A stretch of 63,024 nt of DNA, filler included, from Octopus bimaculoides (GCF_001194135.2; 3 parts of 3 records of this genome joined end to end with filler, not necessarily neighbours in it); one strand, 5' to 3'; positions 13,083 through 27,092 are shown, numbered from the whole stretch's first letter. The notes: generated from the letters alone by a model not told the origin. Made by a program: numbers and translations.

Positions 13083-14490
13083 CATTATTCAGTTCATTTC
13101 AAAATTTCTTGCCAATAGGGAAAGAACCGGTTTCTAACCTAGATCCAAGGCTCCTTCATTGGAATTTCAACATCAACCACAGAGTATTTTTGAATGTATG
13201 TATGTATGTATGGATGCATGGATGCATGCATGTATTTATGTGTGTGCGTGTGTGTATGTATGTTACCTTTGTTTGAAAATTATTCGAATGTTTCCTGTAA
13301 AGAAAGAGTTGATTTCTAACAAACAAACAAACAAACAAACAAAACTTCATCACTGGAATTTTGATAATAACATCACTGATGAGTTATTTGCTGAATTTAA
13401 GAAAAAGTCGTACATATTTTTGCTGTTCCTTTTACAGATTGTATTTGAAAAGTGCGAGTCAGCTTGGACCCTGTCTCTGTGTGACTGAGTTGATGATTGA
13501 GTACATGTAGATTTGTCACATAACGCAAGTGATTACATGTATATATCCATTCCAGGAAGCTAAAATGGATAATCAATAGAACGTCTGATATATTTACATT
13601 GTACACTTTACAAATCTTTATGATTTGAAAGACGCCAGTAAGCTTTCTTTTTTTTTTTTTATTCTGGAAAACCCCATTACTTCCAGGTCGGTAGTTTTTC
13701 TTCATCTTACAGTTCAGGTAAGAATACTTATCTTGGTCAAATTTCATCTGTATATCTTTTGAGAATATTGTTGCAGTCAGGTTAAGATTATTCTTACCGT
13801 ATATATTTGTGACTTTCACATTCAGGTCATCCATGCAGAAACTATCTGCTAGGTTAATACTTCTCTCTTCCTGTGAACTAACCACACACTCTTCAAATTT
13901 CTTCCACACGATTATAACGAGGTCACTGCATGTGTAAGCACACCACATTGACAGAGGGGCTGTCTTCCTTGAAATATACCTCTACGATACTTCACCTTAT
14001 CAAAAATTCTACAATCTCATCCTGTATTTAATTTCAGGATTACGACACAAACAAGACTAGATTGTCTACGCGTTCGTTTGTGTTCTATGGAACTCTATCG
14101 TGTCGAAAGGGATTGTAACACCTACCGTTGAGGAACAGAACCAACTGCTTTCTTGTAATTCAGACAAACTGTAATAAAATTCCTCCAGTGTTGGTATATC
14201 TCTGATATCGTACTTTGTTGAGACAACGTCACTCTGCACATTCAAAAAACTCCTTCTTCCCAACTGCCTATTCGTCTGCCATGATATTTTTAGTTCTACT
14301 GTAATCCCGAACAAATGAGAATAATACGCTGTATATATTTTATGCATGGAATTAACCAGTGGTTGTTTGCCATGTGAGTGGCATCGTTCTTTGGTATCAG
14401 AATTGTTTCCGTCAATGCCAGCCAGTTTGGTATGTTCATATTTCCTCTGTCTGTACGAAAGGAAATATTGTCCAGTATCAAAACCGAAAC
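13083..14490 (-). mobile_element. Internally deleted REL-type non-LTR retrotransposon (family B), with RT fragments and a (CATA)n tail
   Basis: Degenerate RT motifs IPNWLALTETILIPK, a GIFQG-type motif, FCMDDL and FSKDIQMKFDQDK; C-terminus TRTFQIQSVKGTAKICTTF; 115-bp tail flanked by (CATA)n. Confidence 0.75.
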
Positions 14491-14726
14491 TTCTTTACAT
14501 TATTTACATTTGACGGATATTTGTCCTCATCTTGTTTGTTGTTAAAACAACGTTTCGGCAGATATACCCTCCAGCCTTCATCAGGTACCTTGGGGAAATG
14601 TTCGAACCTGCATGTATAAACACAACACATTGATAGAGGGGCTGTCTCCTTGAAAAATACCTCTACGATACTTCACATTATCAAACATACTACAATCTCT
14701 TCCTGTATTTAATTTCAGGATTATGA

Positions 14727-15030
14727 CACGGCATATGGCGTAGTGGTTAAGAGCGCGGGCTACTAACCCCAAGATTCCGAGTTTGATTCCAGGCAGTGAC
14801 TTGAATAATAATGATAATAATAATAATAATAATAATAACAACAACAACAACATCGAAAAATACCTTAGGAATGAGAAGCTAGGTTCGAAATTTCCCCAAG
14901 ACACCTGATGAAGGCTGGAGGGTATATCAGCCCCGAAACGTTGTGTTAACAACAAACAAGATGAGGATAAATATCCGTCAAATGTAAATAATGTACATAG
15001 TTCTTCATCTCTTAAATATAGAACTGTACA
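14727..15030 (+). mobile_element. tRNA-derived SINE (family S5) with internal (AAT)/(AAC) tract and a Penelope-like tail
   Basis: A-box tggcgtagtgg and B-box gagtttgattcc; tail cctgatgaaggc...ccgaaacgttg; inverted tail copy at 14497-14610. Confidence 0.7.
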
Positions 15031-15372
15031 AAACTTCTTTCTTCACTTTTTTTCTCCAAACATTTTACTATTTTATTTTTCGATAACATTTGCTGCGGTG
15101 TGTAACTTTTTATTTTTTTTTATTTTCCCATTCGGCAAATATCGGCTCATTGCTAATGAACTTCCAGCGATATACAATCTGTATTCTTAATCTCTACTGG
15201 CATTTTTTAATGTTTTGTTTTAATTTATTTTATTTTCCAAAACTGCTCGTTTGTGAAAAAGGAGTATAAATAGGCATGTATTTCCTTAAGTTAATTATTA
15301 CATTATTGTACATATTTCATGCCTACATCATTAATTACTTTCGACATTGGTTCTGTAAGTTTCTTATCAATG

Positions 15373-16090
15373 TTAATCAAATGCGGTATTTAGAAATGAA
15401 TTCATCTTTTCTTGAAACATTTCATCAACAATATTTTTCAAGAGTTTATATTCTTCATTCTCATAGTTCAAAATACATTTATTATCATGGCTACAGAAAT
15501 GATCACGGGTGGCCAAAAGTGGGCAGTCTGCCCTGCTGTGAGCTAAGTTAGTATCTGATGGAATCTTGTCTGTTGTCGTCCATGGTGTAATAATTACTGC
15601 AGGCGTAAATATTCTATTTATTGGAATATGTTCGGTTGCTGTTATTTGTACATTGTTGAAACTTTTGGGAACAAAATTACAATCAACAACTCTCTTCTTT
15701 CGTTCAACAAATGTCACTTGCAGGCGTAATTTCTTTGACATGAAATAACTTAACTCTGAATGAAATTGACCTCAGTGTACATAATTCCGTTCCATATATG
15801 TAACCAACAAAGGGGTCTTTTCTTGGCTATTTTATCGAAATTACGTAAATAATTATTGAGTTCATAACTGTTAGATAATGCATTTTATAATTCGATTTCT
15901 TCTAAAATTGCAACTAATTGCATTTTGTTTACCTTTCTCAGTATTGTTTTTCTCTTGTTCTTCTCCAGCTGTGTTGTTGACGCTGATGTGTCCAATCACC
16001 ATATTTATAGTAATTCTCTGTACAGTGATTTCAAGTTTTGAATAAATATCGCTTCAATTTTGAATTAAAAAAAACAATTTTCTTCGATGA
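15373..16090 (-). mobile_element. Probable N-terminal remnants of the family B LINE ORF
   Basis: Broken minus-strand frames (EKNKRKTILRK...ILEEIEL; KKLRLQVTFVERKKR) upstream of and co-oriented with the RT fragments; no catalytic motif. Confidence 0.4.
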
Positions 16091-16266
16091 AAGTGATCAG
16101 AAAGAAAAATCAGTTGTTTAACGTCACCGGTAGACGTGGCATGAGACGCCTGTTTTTATGTATGTATGTACGTACGTACGTACGTACGCACGCACGCACG
16201 TACGCACGCCCGGATGGATGGATGGATAGATGGCTTGCTTGATGCATGCATGCATGTATATATAAG

Positions 16267-16488
16267 TACAAGAGGGTGCTGAAAAGTTCCCGATTTTCAG
16301 GCTGTCGCGAAAGGCTTGGCTGGAAGCCCAAACTTTCGAGTTCTTTTTACAGGGCTAAGAAAAACTGAAGGACCGTTGCAATAAGTGTGTGAATCTGAGA
16401 GGGGAATATGTTGAATAAAATCATAATTAACAGATCCTCCTGTATTTTCTTTTACTCATATCAAGGAACTTTTTAGCATCCCTCATAT
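16267..16488 (+). mobile_element. ~220-bp mariner MITE (irritans/Hsmar2-like)
   Basis: Inverted ends agagggtgctgaaaagttcc / ggaactttttagcatccctc, with TA flanks; retains the transposase end NKCVNLRGEYVE*. Confidence 0.75.
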
Positions 16489-16699
16489 ATATGTATGAAT
16501 ATACGTACATATGTGAGTATATGTATGTATGCTTGTATGTATGAATGTATATGTGTATGTAGATATATATGTATATATTATATCGTTTGATGTTTTCATA
16601 AAGAAGATGATAAATAAACAATGTCCTATCGCTGATATTTAGATAAGAACAACGTTGTAATCTAAATGTAACTCTTCATATCGAATTGCTTAAACTTTA

Positions 16700-16880
16700 A
16701 CATGATGAGTAAAAGCACACAAGTTTTTAGAAAAACCTTACATATTTTTACTACTCCACTTACAGATTGTATGTGACGCATGAATGTTAGCTGGTCGCTC
16801 CCTTTGTCCGAAAGCTTTAGCTTTTCGAGATTACTACTTCGATATTTTACTAACATAACAAAGTACACTATCAATTTTAG
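16700..16880 (-). mobile_element. Highly diverged family B LINE C-terminal fragment
   Basis: SNLEKLKLS...HIQSVSGVVKICKVF aligns by eye with NINLEKLGFS...QIKSITGTVKICKTF at 20030-20230. Confidence 0.5.
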
Positions 16881-16901
16881 GAATAAATGAGAATTTATAT
16901 A

Positions 16902-17425
16902 CCGTAAGGCCTCGATATACGAGTTAATTTATCCCGGAGATCACTCGTAAAACGACAACTCGTAAAGCAGAGCAATACTTTCCCATTGTAGCAATGTTGT
17001 AAAATCGTAGTTCGTTCCCAGAAAAATATTTTACCTATAAATTTATGACAGTCGTTAATAAATGGCAATAAAACAACAGTAGAATGTAAAGAATAATTTA
17101 TGTGGTGAAGTAAAAAGAATGTTGAGATATTATTATTATCGTTTTCTAAATCACTTTCACTCGCACTAGACTTGCGCAAACCATCACTTGTAGATGTGAT
17201 CGCCGATTCACAAGCACTCGTAGACGGACTTGTAAATTTCTTTTTAAAATACAAGTCTACAATTGTCTACTTAGAAGAAGCTTTTAATCGCTCTCTATAG
17301 ATTTCCAGGTAACTCGCAGAAGCATTTGTTATGGTAGTGGAAACTTTTGCATTTCGTTCAAAATTTGGATCTTGTGCTTGAAAAATTTCAATTAACCCGG
17401 GGGAACGTAAAGCGAGGTATTACTG
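16902..17425 (-). mobile_element. Tigger/pogo-like non-autonomous element
   Basis: TA|ccgtaaggcctcg ... cgaggtattactg|TA termini; the minus strand retains a transposase-like C-terminal TIVDLYFKKKFTSPSTS. Confidence 0.7.
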
Positions 17426-17908
17426 TACTGGGCAAAAAAGCTATAAGTTTCGAAACGTACATAGATATTCACTTCNNNNNNNNNNNNNNNNNNNNNNNNN
17501 NNNNNNNNNNNNNNNNNNNNNNNNNNNNNNNNNNNNNNNNNNNNNNNNNNNNNNNNNNNNNNNNNNNNNNNNNNNNNNNNNNNNNNNNNNNNNNNNNNNN
17601 NNNNNNNNNNNNNNNNNNNNNNNNNNNNNNNNNNNNNNNNNNNNNNNNNNNNNNNNNNNNNNNNNNNNNNNNNNNNNNNNNNNNNNNNNNNNNNNNNNNN
17701 NNNNNNNNNNNNNNNNNNNNNNNNNNNNNNNNNNNNNNNNNNNNNNNNNNNNNNNNNNNNNNNNNNNNNNNNNNNNNNNNNNNNNNNNNNNNNNNNNNNN
17801 NNNNNNNNNNNNNNNNNNNNNNNNNNNNNNNNNNNNNNNNNNNNNNNNNNNNNNNNNNNNNNNNNNNNNNNNNNNNNNNNNNNNNNNNNNNNNNNNNNNN
17901 NNNNNNNN

Positions 17909-17978
<70 letters not shown>

Positions 17979-18601
17979 CATTAGATATTTTGTGGCTATC
18001 ACCTTCTCTTTGATTGTTGCATAAATATAAATTTCAAAATCCACTATGATATAAAGGTCACGAGTCCAAGAGAGGTCGACACTTCCCGTCAATGTTAGCA
18101 TCATCTTCAAGTTTTGAAAAGGTATAATCATACATAACCTATTTTTGGTCCTTGTTGAGATACGCTAGTCCAGTAATTCTAGAATCGCACGAAAGTTCAT
18201 CGAGAAACAACATCTTGAAGAACTTCCATGCGATGTATGGTTCCTAAAATAGATAAAAATCTTTGCGAGATGTTATGAAAAATAGCTGACTCAATAGTGG
18301 GTCCTATATGAACTAAATTCCTTGACAGAAGAGGATAGAAGGCTAGTCCATCTTGTTCCTGCATTTCTGGTGTTCTTTGCCACGTTTGAGCTCTTGGCTG
18401 ATGTATTTATTTTTACTACTGTTGTTTAACTTTATTAATCCTATCATACAACACTGAAAGCTATCAGGAAGGACAAATCTAGCTGCTATTCTCCTTCTGG
18501 GGTAGAACCTATCATTATCACTATTTCTGTGGAAACTTTTTTTGCGGAAGCTTCTAATTGGTACCACTACTTTACGGATTTTAGATATTTCTGGAGCAGA
18601 A

Positions 18602-19300
18602 AGGCGGCGATCTGGCAGATACGTTAGCACGCCGGACGAAATGCTTAGCGGTATTTCGCCTGTCCTTACGTTCTGAGTTCAAATTCAGCTGAGGCCGACT
18701 TTGCCTTTCATCCTTTCGGGGTCAATACATTAAGTACCAGTTGCGTACTGGGTCGATCAAATCGACTGCCCATCCTCACCCCCCCCCCCAAAAAAAAAAT
18801 TTGGTCCTTGTGTCTTGAGTAGAAAAGAATATTTCTGGAGCAGAGAAGGCTACGAGCTGGAAGAAGCGTTAGCAAAATGCTTAGCGATATTTCGTCCGAC
18901 TTTACATTCTGAGTTCAAATGCCGCCAGGGCCGACTTTGCTTTTTATCCTTTCAGGGTATATAAAAATAAGTATCAGTTGAACACTGGGGTCGATATAAT
19001 CGGCTTATCCCATCCCCTTAAATTTCAGGCCTTCTGCCAAAATGTGAAACTGCTGTTTCTGGAGCGGAGTTTCTCTGTAGATCAGTCAAATATCTCAAAT
19101 GTTGATACCAGTACTAGGAATGCAAATGCGTTGCGAGATATTACCCAGTAAAACTGCTATATTTTTTAAAAGTTTAATATCATACTTTGTTATACCGAAG
19201 TTGACTTTGCCTTTCATCTTTTTGGGGCCGATAAAATAAGTACCAGTTGAACACTGGAGTCAATGTAATTGACTACCCCCCTCCTCCAAAATTTCAGGTC
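18602..19300 (+). mobile_element. Cluster of three S1 SINE copies
   Basis: Same head and core repeated at ~18602, ~18845 and ~19195. Confidence 0.8.
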
Positions 19301-19714
19301 TATATAATGCTATAGTTGCAAGAAGCATTATATACTTTGGTTACTTTTTGCGTCGTTATCTACGTATTTGTAACACTGGTTGTATAGAAAAGGGGAAACA
19401 GAAAGACCGTTCATAACATCTGAGACGATAGTTCTGTTATCAGTTGGTGACTAAGTGTTTGTGAGTCTTTCAAAGGCAGCTACAGTGAAACCGGTAACTT
19501 TTTCCAAGTGCTGTGAATCCAGAAAATATGAGCGGGGAAGAAAATCAAACGTTTCGTGTAGACTTTGAAAGTAATAGTTGGTCAAGCATTGAGCCAATAA
19601 TTTCTGTCAAATAATTATTTCCATTATTGGCAACAAACTTTGTTTGTTTGTTTGTATGTTTGTTTGTTTGTTGGTTTGTATGTATGTGTGTATGTATGTA
19701 TGTATGTATGTATG

Positions 19715-20235
19715 TATGTATGTTTATTTCAAGATTTTTTGCCAATAGAGAAAGTGCCGGTTTCTAACCTAGATCCAAGGCTCCTTCACTGGAATTTCAA
19801 CATTAACAACAGGGTATTTTTGTATGTATGTATGTATGTATGTATGTATGTGTATGTATGTGCAGATTTGTATGTTTTATGTATGTATGTGCAGATTTTA
19901 TGTTTTGTGTATGTATTCTCAATGTATGTATGTAAGGAAACGTGCAGATGTGTATGTTTTGTTTTATGTACCTTGTCTCATGCGTATACTTGCATATCTA
20001 GATACGTTCATATATATACTTAAATGATAAACTTCTGGAAAGTTTTACAGATTTTTACAGTTCCAGTGATGGATTTGATCTGTAGTGTTTGAATCAGCTT
20101 TCTCCTTTCTGATTTTGAGAAACCTAATTTTTCAAGATTGATGTTTAAACAGTATGTTACATATCCCAGTGCCCCAATAATTACAGGTATAAACCTGAAC
20201 TTGTAGTCTGGATAGAGTAACTGCAGATTTAATGT
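19715..20235 (-). mobile_element. Family B LINE 3' end with 3' UTR and (CATA)n tail
   Basis: Minus strand reads NLQLLYPDYKFRFIPVIIGALGYVTYCLNINLEKLGFSKSERRKLIQTLQIKSITGTVKICKTFQKFII*, followed by the same 115-bp tail as 13083-13195. Confidence 0.8.
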
Positions 20236-20379
20236 ATGTATGTATGTATGTATGTATGTATGTGCACACGTAAATAAGTATGCATAAACGTATGTTAGCG
20301 AACATGTGAATCAGTGCTTTAACTTATGAATGTGTGCATATGTGCCTGAACGCGTGTGTTTCTGCTCGTGTATCTATAC

Positions 20380-20780
20380 GTGTGCATATGAACATATACA
20401 AGCTAAACATCTGGGTTCTTTACTTATTTTTACAATTCTCATAATGGCATATAATTGTAATTTCTTAATTAGCTGTGTCCGTTCTGCTTTTGTGAAACTC
20501 AGATTTTCAAGACTGAAGCTTAAGCAGTTTCTTACTTTATTAACTACCACAAAATCCAAAGTTATTGTCCAGATGTAGTACCTGAAAATAACTTATTAAT
20601 TTGCCGTTGATGTTTCTTCTTGTGTCTTTAAAATTATATTAACTTCTGCTGGACAACTGATTTCTGCAAATGTACGCATTTTCTTTTCACCGTCCCAGAT
20701 AATTATGTCCAGTTTTTTTAGCCTACATCTCACAAAAGTTTTGACAAAGAGTTTAACCGGTTGTACATACATATACGTAG
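20380..20780 (-). mobile_element. Diverged family B LINE REL-endonuclease fragment
   Basis: KLDIIIWDGEKKMRTFAEISCPAEVNI (decayed PD..E..K nuclease core) and LENLSFTKAERTQLIKKLQ. Confidence 0.65.
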
Positions 20781-20919
20781 GCCGATACATATAAATATAC
20801 GTATATGTATATTGTATACATATATAAGTAACATCATAAATTACACATACGCATTGACATAGATGAGTATAAAAACATGCGTGTCTAAATATACACACCA
20901 GAGAAACATACATATGCCT

Positions 20920-21053
20920 ATCACATGAATAGGATTACAATCTGGGTACATGGAGTAAATAAAATCATAACATAAACAATTAAATATAAGAAATAATAAT
21001 TTCTTAAAGTATGTGTTAATCCCCATGTACCCAGACTTTGTGGACACCCTGTA
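20920..21053 (+). mobile_element. Tc1/mariner-type right terminus
   Basis: Ends in ctttgtggacaccctg+TA, the reverse complement of a CAGGGTGTCC terminal repeat; the other end was not found. Confidence 0.5.
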
Positions 21054-23902
21054 TATAAATATATATGACAACTCAGTTGATGTTATCTAGATTCCGTTAA
21101 AGGAACCTAGTTTCTGGGTCGGAGAGAAATCTAGAAAATATAACTAAAAAACACGAAGTAAATTAGATAAATATTACTTTTAACTTCCGTGTGTTACATT
21201 GATAACAATGTTTTACACAAGTCTGATAGATAAAATCAAAGGAATATTCTCTTTGATATGACGCCAGACTGTCACAAGTAATATTCCAAAATGACCTATA
21301 ATACCTTTTTCCGATAACTTACTGCACTAAACCACGTACAATAGATGTTCCTGGGCCAAGGAAACGAAACGCCGAAAGTAATTTTAAACTCGTTATCAAG
21401 TAATGATTTTTGATAACTTATCTTCTCGACCATCTCGCCTCTATACCAGGGTTCTAATCCTAAGTGCTATTGTGTAATTCTGAAGGGTTGCCAAGACAAA
21501 TTTTCTCGTTTAAAATATTTGATATTATTTAAAATGCTCATGAATATGTTATACAAATATGTCATAAGCATTGGTGATACAATACAACGTTTATTGCAAA
21601 CACAAAGAAGGGAACATATCCCCCAGAACGATGTCAAATATTAATTTTATGAAACGATTGTAAACTAGCTCGTTATTTAAATATTATAAACCAAAGCTTT
21701 ACACACTCGTGCGCGCGCATATGTATATGTGTTCTAATATTTCCCTTGAAATTGGTCCAATGGAAGTGATTTACTTTCATGTTTTGTACTCACTGTATGA
21801 TGCAAGGATAGAGTTTTCTATCAATCATTTAAAACTGGCGATAACGATCGTTTTAGCCTCAACAGCTTAATCAAAGATGGCGAAACATGTACGATAGGTA
21901 CACGGCGATCAGGGCTTTAGGATGAAGTTTTATACTATGAACAAAGAACCAGAGTGATCATTACGATATATAACTGTCAGTGTATAAATAACACTTGATG
22001 TGAACATCGTCGAACAATATTGGTTATTCCAATATAGCTGATACTGTTGGAATGAGTCTAAATATAATTTAAATTGACACGTATTTGTCTGAGGCTTAAT
22101 AATATTCAGTCCAGATTCGTGAGCTGAATCTATTCTCTGAGCATATGCACACGACATACAATGAAGAGCAGAAGTAAGTTGTTCAAATTGTTTTTGTTTC
22201 TTTTTTTAATTTCATAAAAGAAATTAGGTTCGGCATTTTTTGTTTTTATGTTTTGTTTTTTTCATTGGTGCAATTTTAAGTTATATACATTTTACTTTCC
22301 CTCAGTACAATTCTTTTTCACCGATAAAGATAGATCAGACAGATAGTTAGGTGAGACTACATGTCGGATAGTACAGAAATTACGGATGTAGAATGAAAAT
22401 AAAACCGAAAATTTCAAGGTAGTATGAGTTTGAAAATCTTGTTTATTAATACTGTCCAATAACATCTAAACAACTAATTGCACTGTAATAGATATTTTAA
22501 CATAAATAAATTCATAAGTGTTTTTAAAGAAATAGTCTTACGTAGTAACTTGTTCAACATATGTTGAATTACATATAATTGATACAAACACCTGACTACA
22601 CGTCACTCAACAACAAGCCAATAAAGGAGCCTCTGCATAGTGATTTAACTTACTAACATTAACTGCCAACTTTCCCTCAAATCACATTTTACCGTCTAAC
22701 AGCATGACACATTATAGGATGCAGTCCTACACAGCCATAAGTAAACGAGATGAATGATGGCTGGAACGCATTTGATCATAAGCCTGCATGATTAGGACTG
22801 ACATGGTCTTAAACACCAATGTTTCCCGGTTTTATTAGTCTTCTTCCTACAGTGTAAGTGCAGATATGGTTGTGTAATTGATATATTCGCTTCTCAGTCA
22901 TGTTGTTACGGTTTCGATTCCAGTGCCTTGAGCAAGTGTCATTTACAACAGAGGTTTCCACCTCATTTTGTAGTTCAGCTTCTCTTTTCACCAAATGACT
23001 GATCCTGTATTCGTAGCTGATGAAGCGTAAGGACGCAGAAATGGGTTCGTCCTACGATTCAATGTCGTTATTCATAGCTCAATGATCCGTTTTCAGGCGT
23101 ATTTGTTCCTAAGAATTTTCTCACGAGACTATTTCTACAGCGAAAGGTATTCACACAGTCGTGTGTACACGAACGTGTGAATAGGATTGTACCTATATNN
23201 NNNNNNNNNNNNNNNNNNNNNNNNNNNNNNNNNNNNNNNNNNNNNNNNNNNNNNNNNNNNNNNNNNNNNNNNNNNNNNNNNNNNNNNNNNNNNNNNNNNN
23301 NNNNNNNNNNNNNNNNNNNNNNNNNNNNNNNNNNNNNNNNNNNNNATATATAGTAAACAAGATTATCATAGACATCAAAAATATTACATATTAGTAGCTG
23401 AGCATCAATAACACGACTACCAATGAGCATGATTTGTGACTAAATATGTATACAGAATGGTATCCATATTTGCTAAGCTATCTCAACAACAAATGGGTTA
23501 TGTCGTACATGTCTCTGGGGGAGTTATTTTATCTAGCTCGCCAATTCTAAATAGGCCCCTGTGGATAAAATTTGTACCATCACGGAAATTACGATATATT
23601 TTCCATGATCTTTCCTTTTTATGAGTAGTTTACGCTACTTCCGGTTAGAAGCTAGGAAAACAGAGATAAGCGATCTCTGATGAATTTTTAATGAAAATAA
23701 AACAAGTGAATTTGATCCTCTTTCCGAGCTGCTGTGAGTTCATGTAATTATTAAATTCATGGATATTATTCCCTATACGTACATGCACACGCACACTCCA
23801 TATGCATGTGTATATGCATATATACGTGTGTGTATGTGTACATGTATGCATATATATATATACATATAAATATATATATACATATATATAATATATATTT
23901 GT

Positions 23903-23943
<41 letters not shown>

Positions 23944-24635
23944 TGCAAGTCGATACATACACACACATATATATACGTACACACACACACACACACACAG
24001 ACACACAAACACATATATTTGAGTGTATATGTACATGTATTTAACTACTCCAGCTTATATTCCCTCGTACAGCACTGTATACGTAATTTTCAATACCCTT
24101 CTAAAGAAATTATTATTGCTTGGTGATATATAAAATGACTGCTTCGGTCCTTTGTCCTGTTCTTGATCAATTCATATACCAACCACTCACATTCTAGTTC
24201 AACAGCTTCTGATAATGTGAATAATCATGGACGCGATGTTCCGTGAGGTAACATGCGGCTTATTTGAGGTTGATTCTTACGTCTTGTTCATTTCATGTTA
24301 GACATATGGATCTATGAATGCATACACGTATTTATGTGTGTGTATGTATGTATGCAGGTAGGTATGGAGATACCAGGTGGAATGAAATCAAAAGTTTCAA
24401 TTGGTTTAGAGCTATGTTTATTACAAGTGGATGTCTTTTACTCTATGCTGAGTTAAATGAATCATAAAGCAATATATGCATGTTCATAGGGCACCAAAAA
24501 AGTGGGGTTCCACGGAAATTTTTCCAGTCCCAGATTTAACAATTGTGCAAATAATCAATTATGCCATACAAAACACTTCCACGCACACAATAAGAACACT
24601 TGTATACACACAAGCATATACGCACGCACGCACGT

Positions 24636-24693
<58 letters not shown>

Positions 24694-24746
24694 NNNNNNN
24701 NNNNNNNNNNNNNNNNNNNNNNNNNNNNNNNNNNNNNNNNNNNNNN

Positions 24747-24807
<61 letters not shown>

Positions 24808-27092
24808 CATATGTTGGGTTATTATATATTTGTGAGCGCCAGACACTGTCGGCTGTTTTGGCATTACTACATACAATACTCAGAAATATCGGCATTTTAT
24901 ATCTCTTTGAGTTCTTTACTAAAGTTAATACGTTAGATTATATTCATACTGCAACTACGAAATATCCCTATATCCCAAATACTTAAAGTATATCTTAATT
25001 ATCAATATTGGAAATTTTTGCTCTTTCCAATATAACTTTACATATAATGTAGCTGTAATAGAGTAAAACAAATTTCGGTTCATCTCGGTAAACATCAGAA
25101 AGAGATTAAGTTTAAAATCTTCAACAACTTGAGTTATTAGCTGCATTACTTCCTTTATTGATGAAAGCTGGAGACGTGATGAGGTGCACTGTCTTCTGAC
25201 CAGAAAAAAATTGCTTGCCTAAGAATAATAAATATATATAATCTGTATAGTTATTTCAATGTATGTACAACCTGATTTGTGTTTCTTGTGTCAGATACAG
25301 CTGTTTTGCATTACTATGTATAACACTCAGAAATATGAACGTTTCCATTCTTATTTAGTTCTTTGCCGAAGTCATAACACTAAATTCATATTCTTGTTAC
25401 ATCCACTAAATATCTGTTTATATCCACAACACACACACAAACACGCACGCGCGCACACACATAATTTAAGTGAGGTCTCTTAAATAATGGTGACCTCACT
25501 GTCACTGATGCTGCATAAAAAACACTCAGTAAACTCTGTAAAGTTGATGGCACTAGGAAGAGCATCCAACTGTAGAAACCATGCCAAAGCAGACTGTGCC
25601 ACCACGGAAAATGGTCATTATATGATGGTAATGACGATGAATATTCTTCTCTACTCCAGGCACAAGGGCCGAAATTTTGGGGGAGGGACCAGTCGATTAG
25701 ATCGACCGCAGTACGTGTCTGGTACTTGATTTATCGACTCCCGAAAGAATGAAAGGCAAAGTCGACCTCGGCGGAATTTGAACTCTGAACGTAAATACAG
25801 ACGAAATGCCGTCAAGCATTTCGCCCGGCGTGCTAATGTTTCTGCCAGCTCGCCGCCTTTTGACGATGAATATTATAAGTCTCATGACAGCCAATATATT
25901 ACCAAATGGCTTCATACTGCAAACAAACAAAAAAAGGAGAGGTTAGTTCAGCAATCATCAGATATATATGCTGCAGTATCACATATATCACAATAAAGCT
26001 GTCTGGACATGTTGCTCTCTGCACATAGTCCAGTCATTTTTGTACATCTGTACATTTTGGTTGTGGTCACAGGAATGGTGATTGTGATTGTTGTTGTCTC
26101 TCTGTCATTACTGTTGGTGGTGTCCATTCCAGCAGAGTGGTTAGTGTCATTAAAACTAGTGATGTTGTAGTCATTTCTCTAAGTAATTTTTTAATGCTTG
26201 TGTCTTGAGTAGGAAGAATTGTGTTTTTAGGACACTAGTGTTGTTGTTGTTGTTGTCTCTGGTCAACATTGACGGAACAGTTATGATCAAAAGCATTCCA
26301 ACGGTGACCATCCTGTCTTTTTAGGAGTATTTTGTTATCTAATATATACGTTTCTGTTTTAAGATAATATTGTGTGATATGAGGAAGATTTGGTTGCTAC
26401 TTTTATTAGAAGTAGTATTTTAGGGTGTTGTGTATATATTTAGGTGGCTGGAAGTGGTGGCAGAGTTCGATACAACTAACAATTTCGTCCCACACAAATT
26501 CAGAGCTCTTTCTTTTTTAGCATTATAAATTGTAAATGGTCTATGAGTAATTTACATATAACTTCTTATGATTCAGGGTGCATTGTTTTATGTAATTTGT
26601 AGCTTATTATAGTTCGTTGTGGAGAGATTTGTGACGAAGCCAGAGGTGGTATAATGTTAAACCATTTATTGTTTATACACCATTGCTGTTGTTGTTTGTT
26701 CCTTCTCGAGCCATGCCTGGCTCATAAGGAACGGTTTCCCGGTTTCCTTGGCGTATAGGTTCCCCACCTGGACGGGACGATGGTCCGTCACATTCTACAT
26801 CATTGCTGTTCTTTGTTTCTATTGATTAAATGTGTTGTCTTTATGCAATTTTGTACTTTTTTGTATGTAACTCCAAGTACTGTATGCAACTCTTACCAAT
26901 TGTGTCTTCTATATGTGATATGTTTGTGCTGTTGGCTATAATGATTGGTCATGGATCTGTAAATTTTGTCTGGGGGCGCATTGGAGCAGCTAAGGTGAAC
27001 TCAATCCAAATGTGACCACTGCTGCTCCTCTGCACTGATCATCACTATCATGAATCCAAGCTGTTAAAGTTGTTGCCACTTCCTGTCTGCAT

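Noticed and set aside
14727-14805. tRNA-like sequences with A/B boxes (also at 49258, 54260, 47690-47757 and others)
   Set aside because: They are SINE heads continuing into shared bodies and tails, with imperfect cloverleaves; no genuine tRNA gene can be supported.
22115-22178. Possible micro-exon (IRELNLFSEHMHTTYNEEQ) ending at GAA|GTAAGT
   Set aside because: Good donor, but weak acceptor, no recognisable homology and no partner exons.
22840-23000. Strong-looking acceptor tcttcttcctacag followed by a Cys-rich frame
   Set aside because: The downstream sequence is a decayed S2 SINE head (ggtttcgattcc...ccttgagcaagtgtc).
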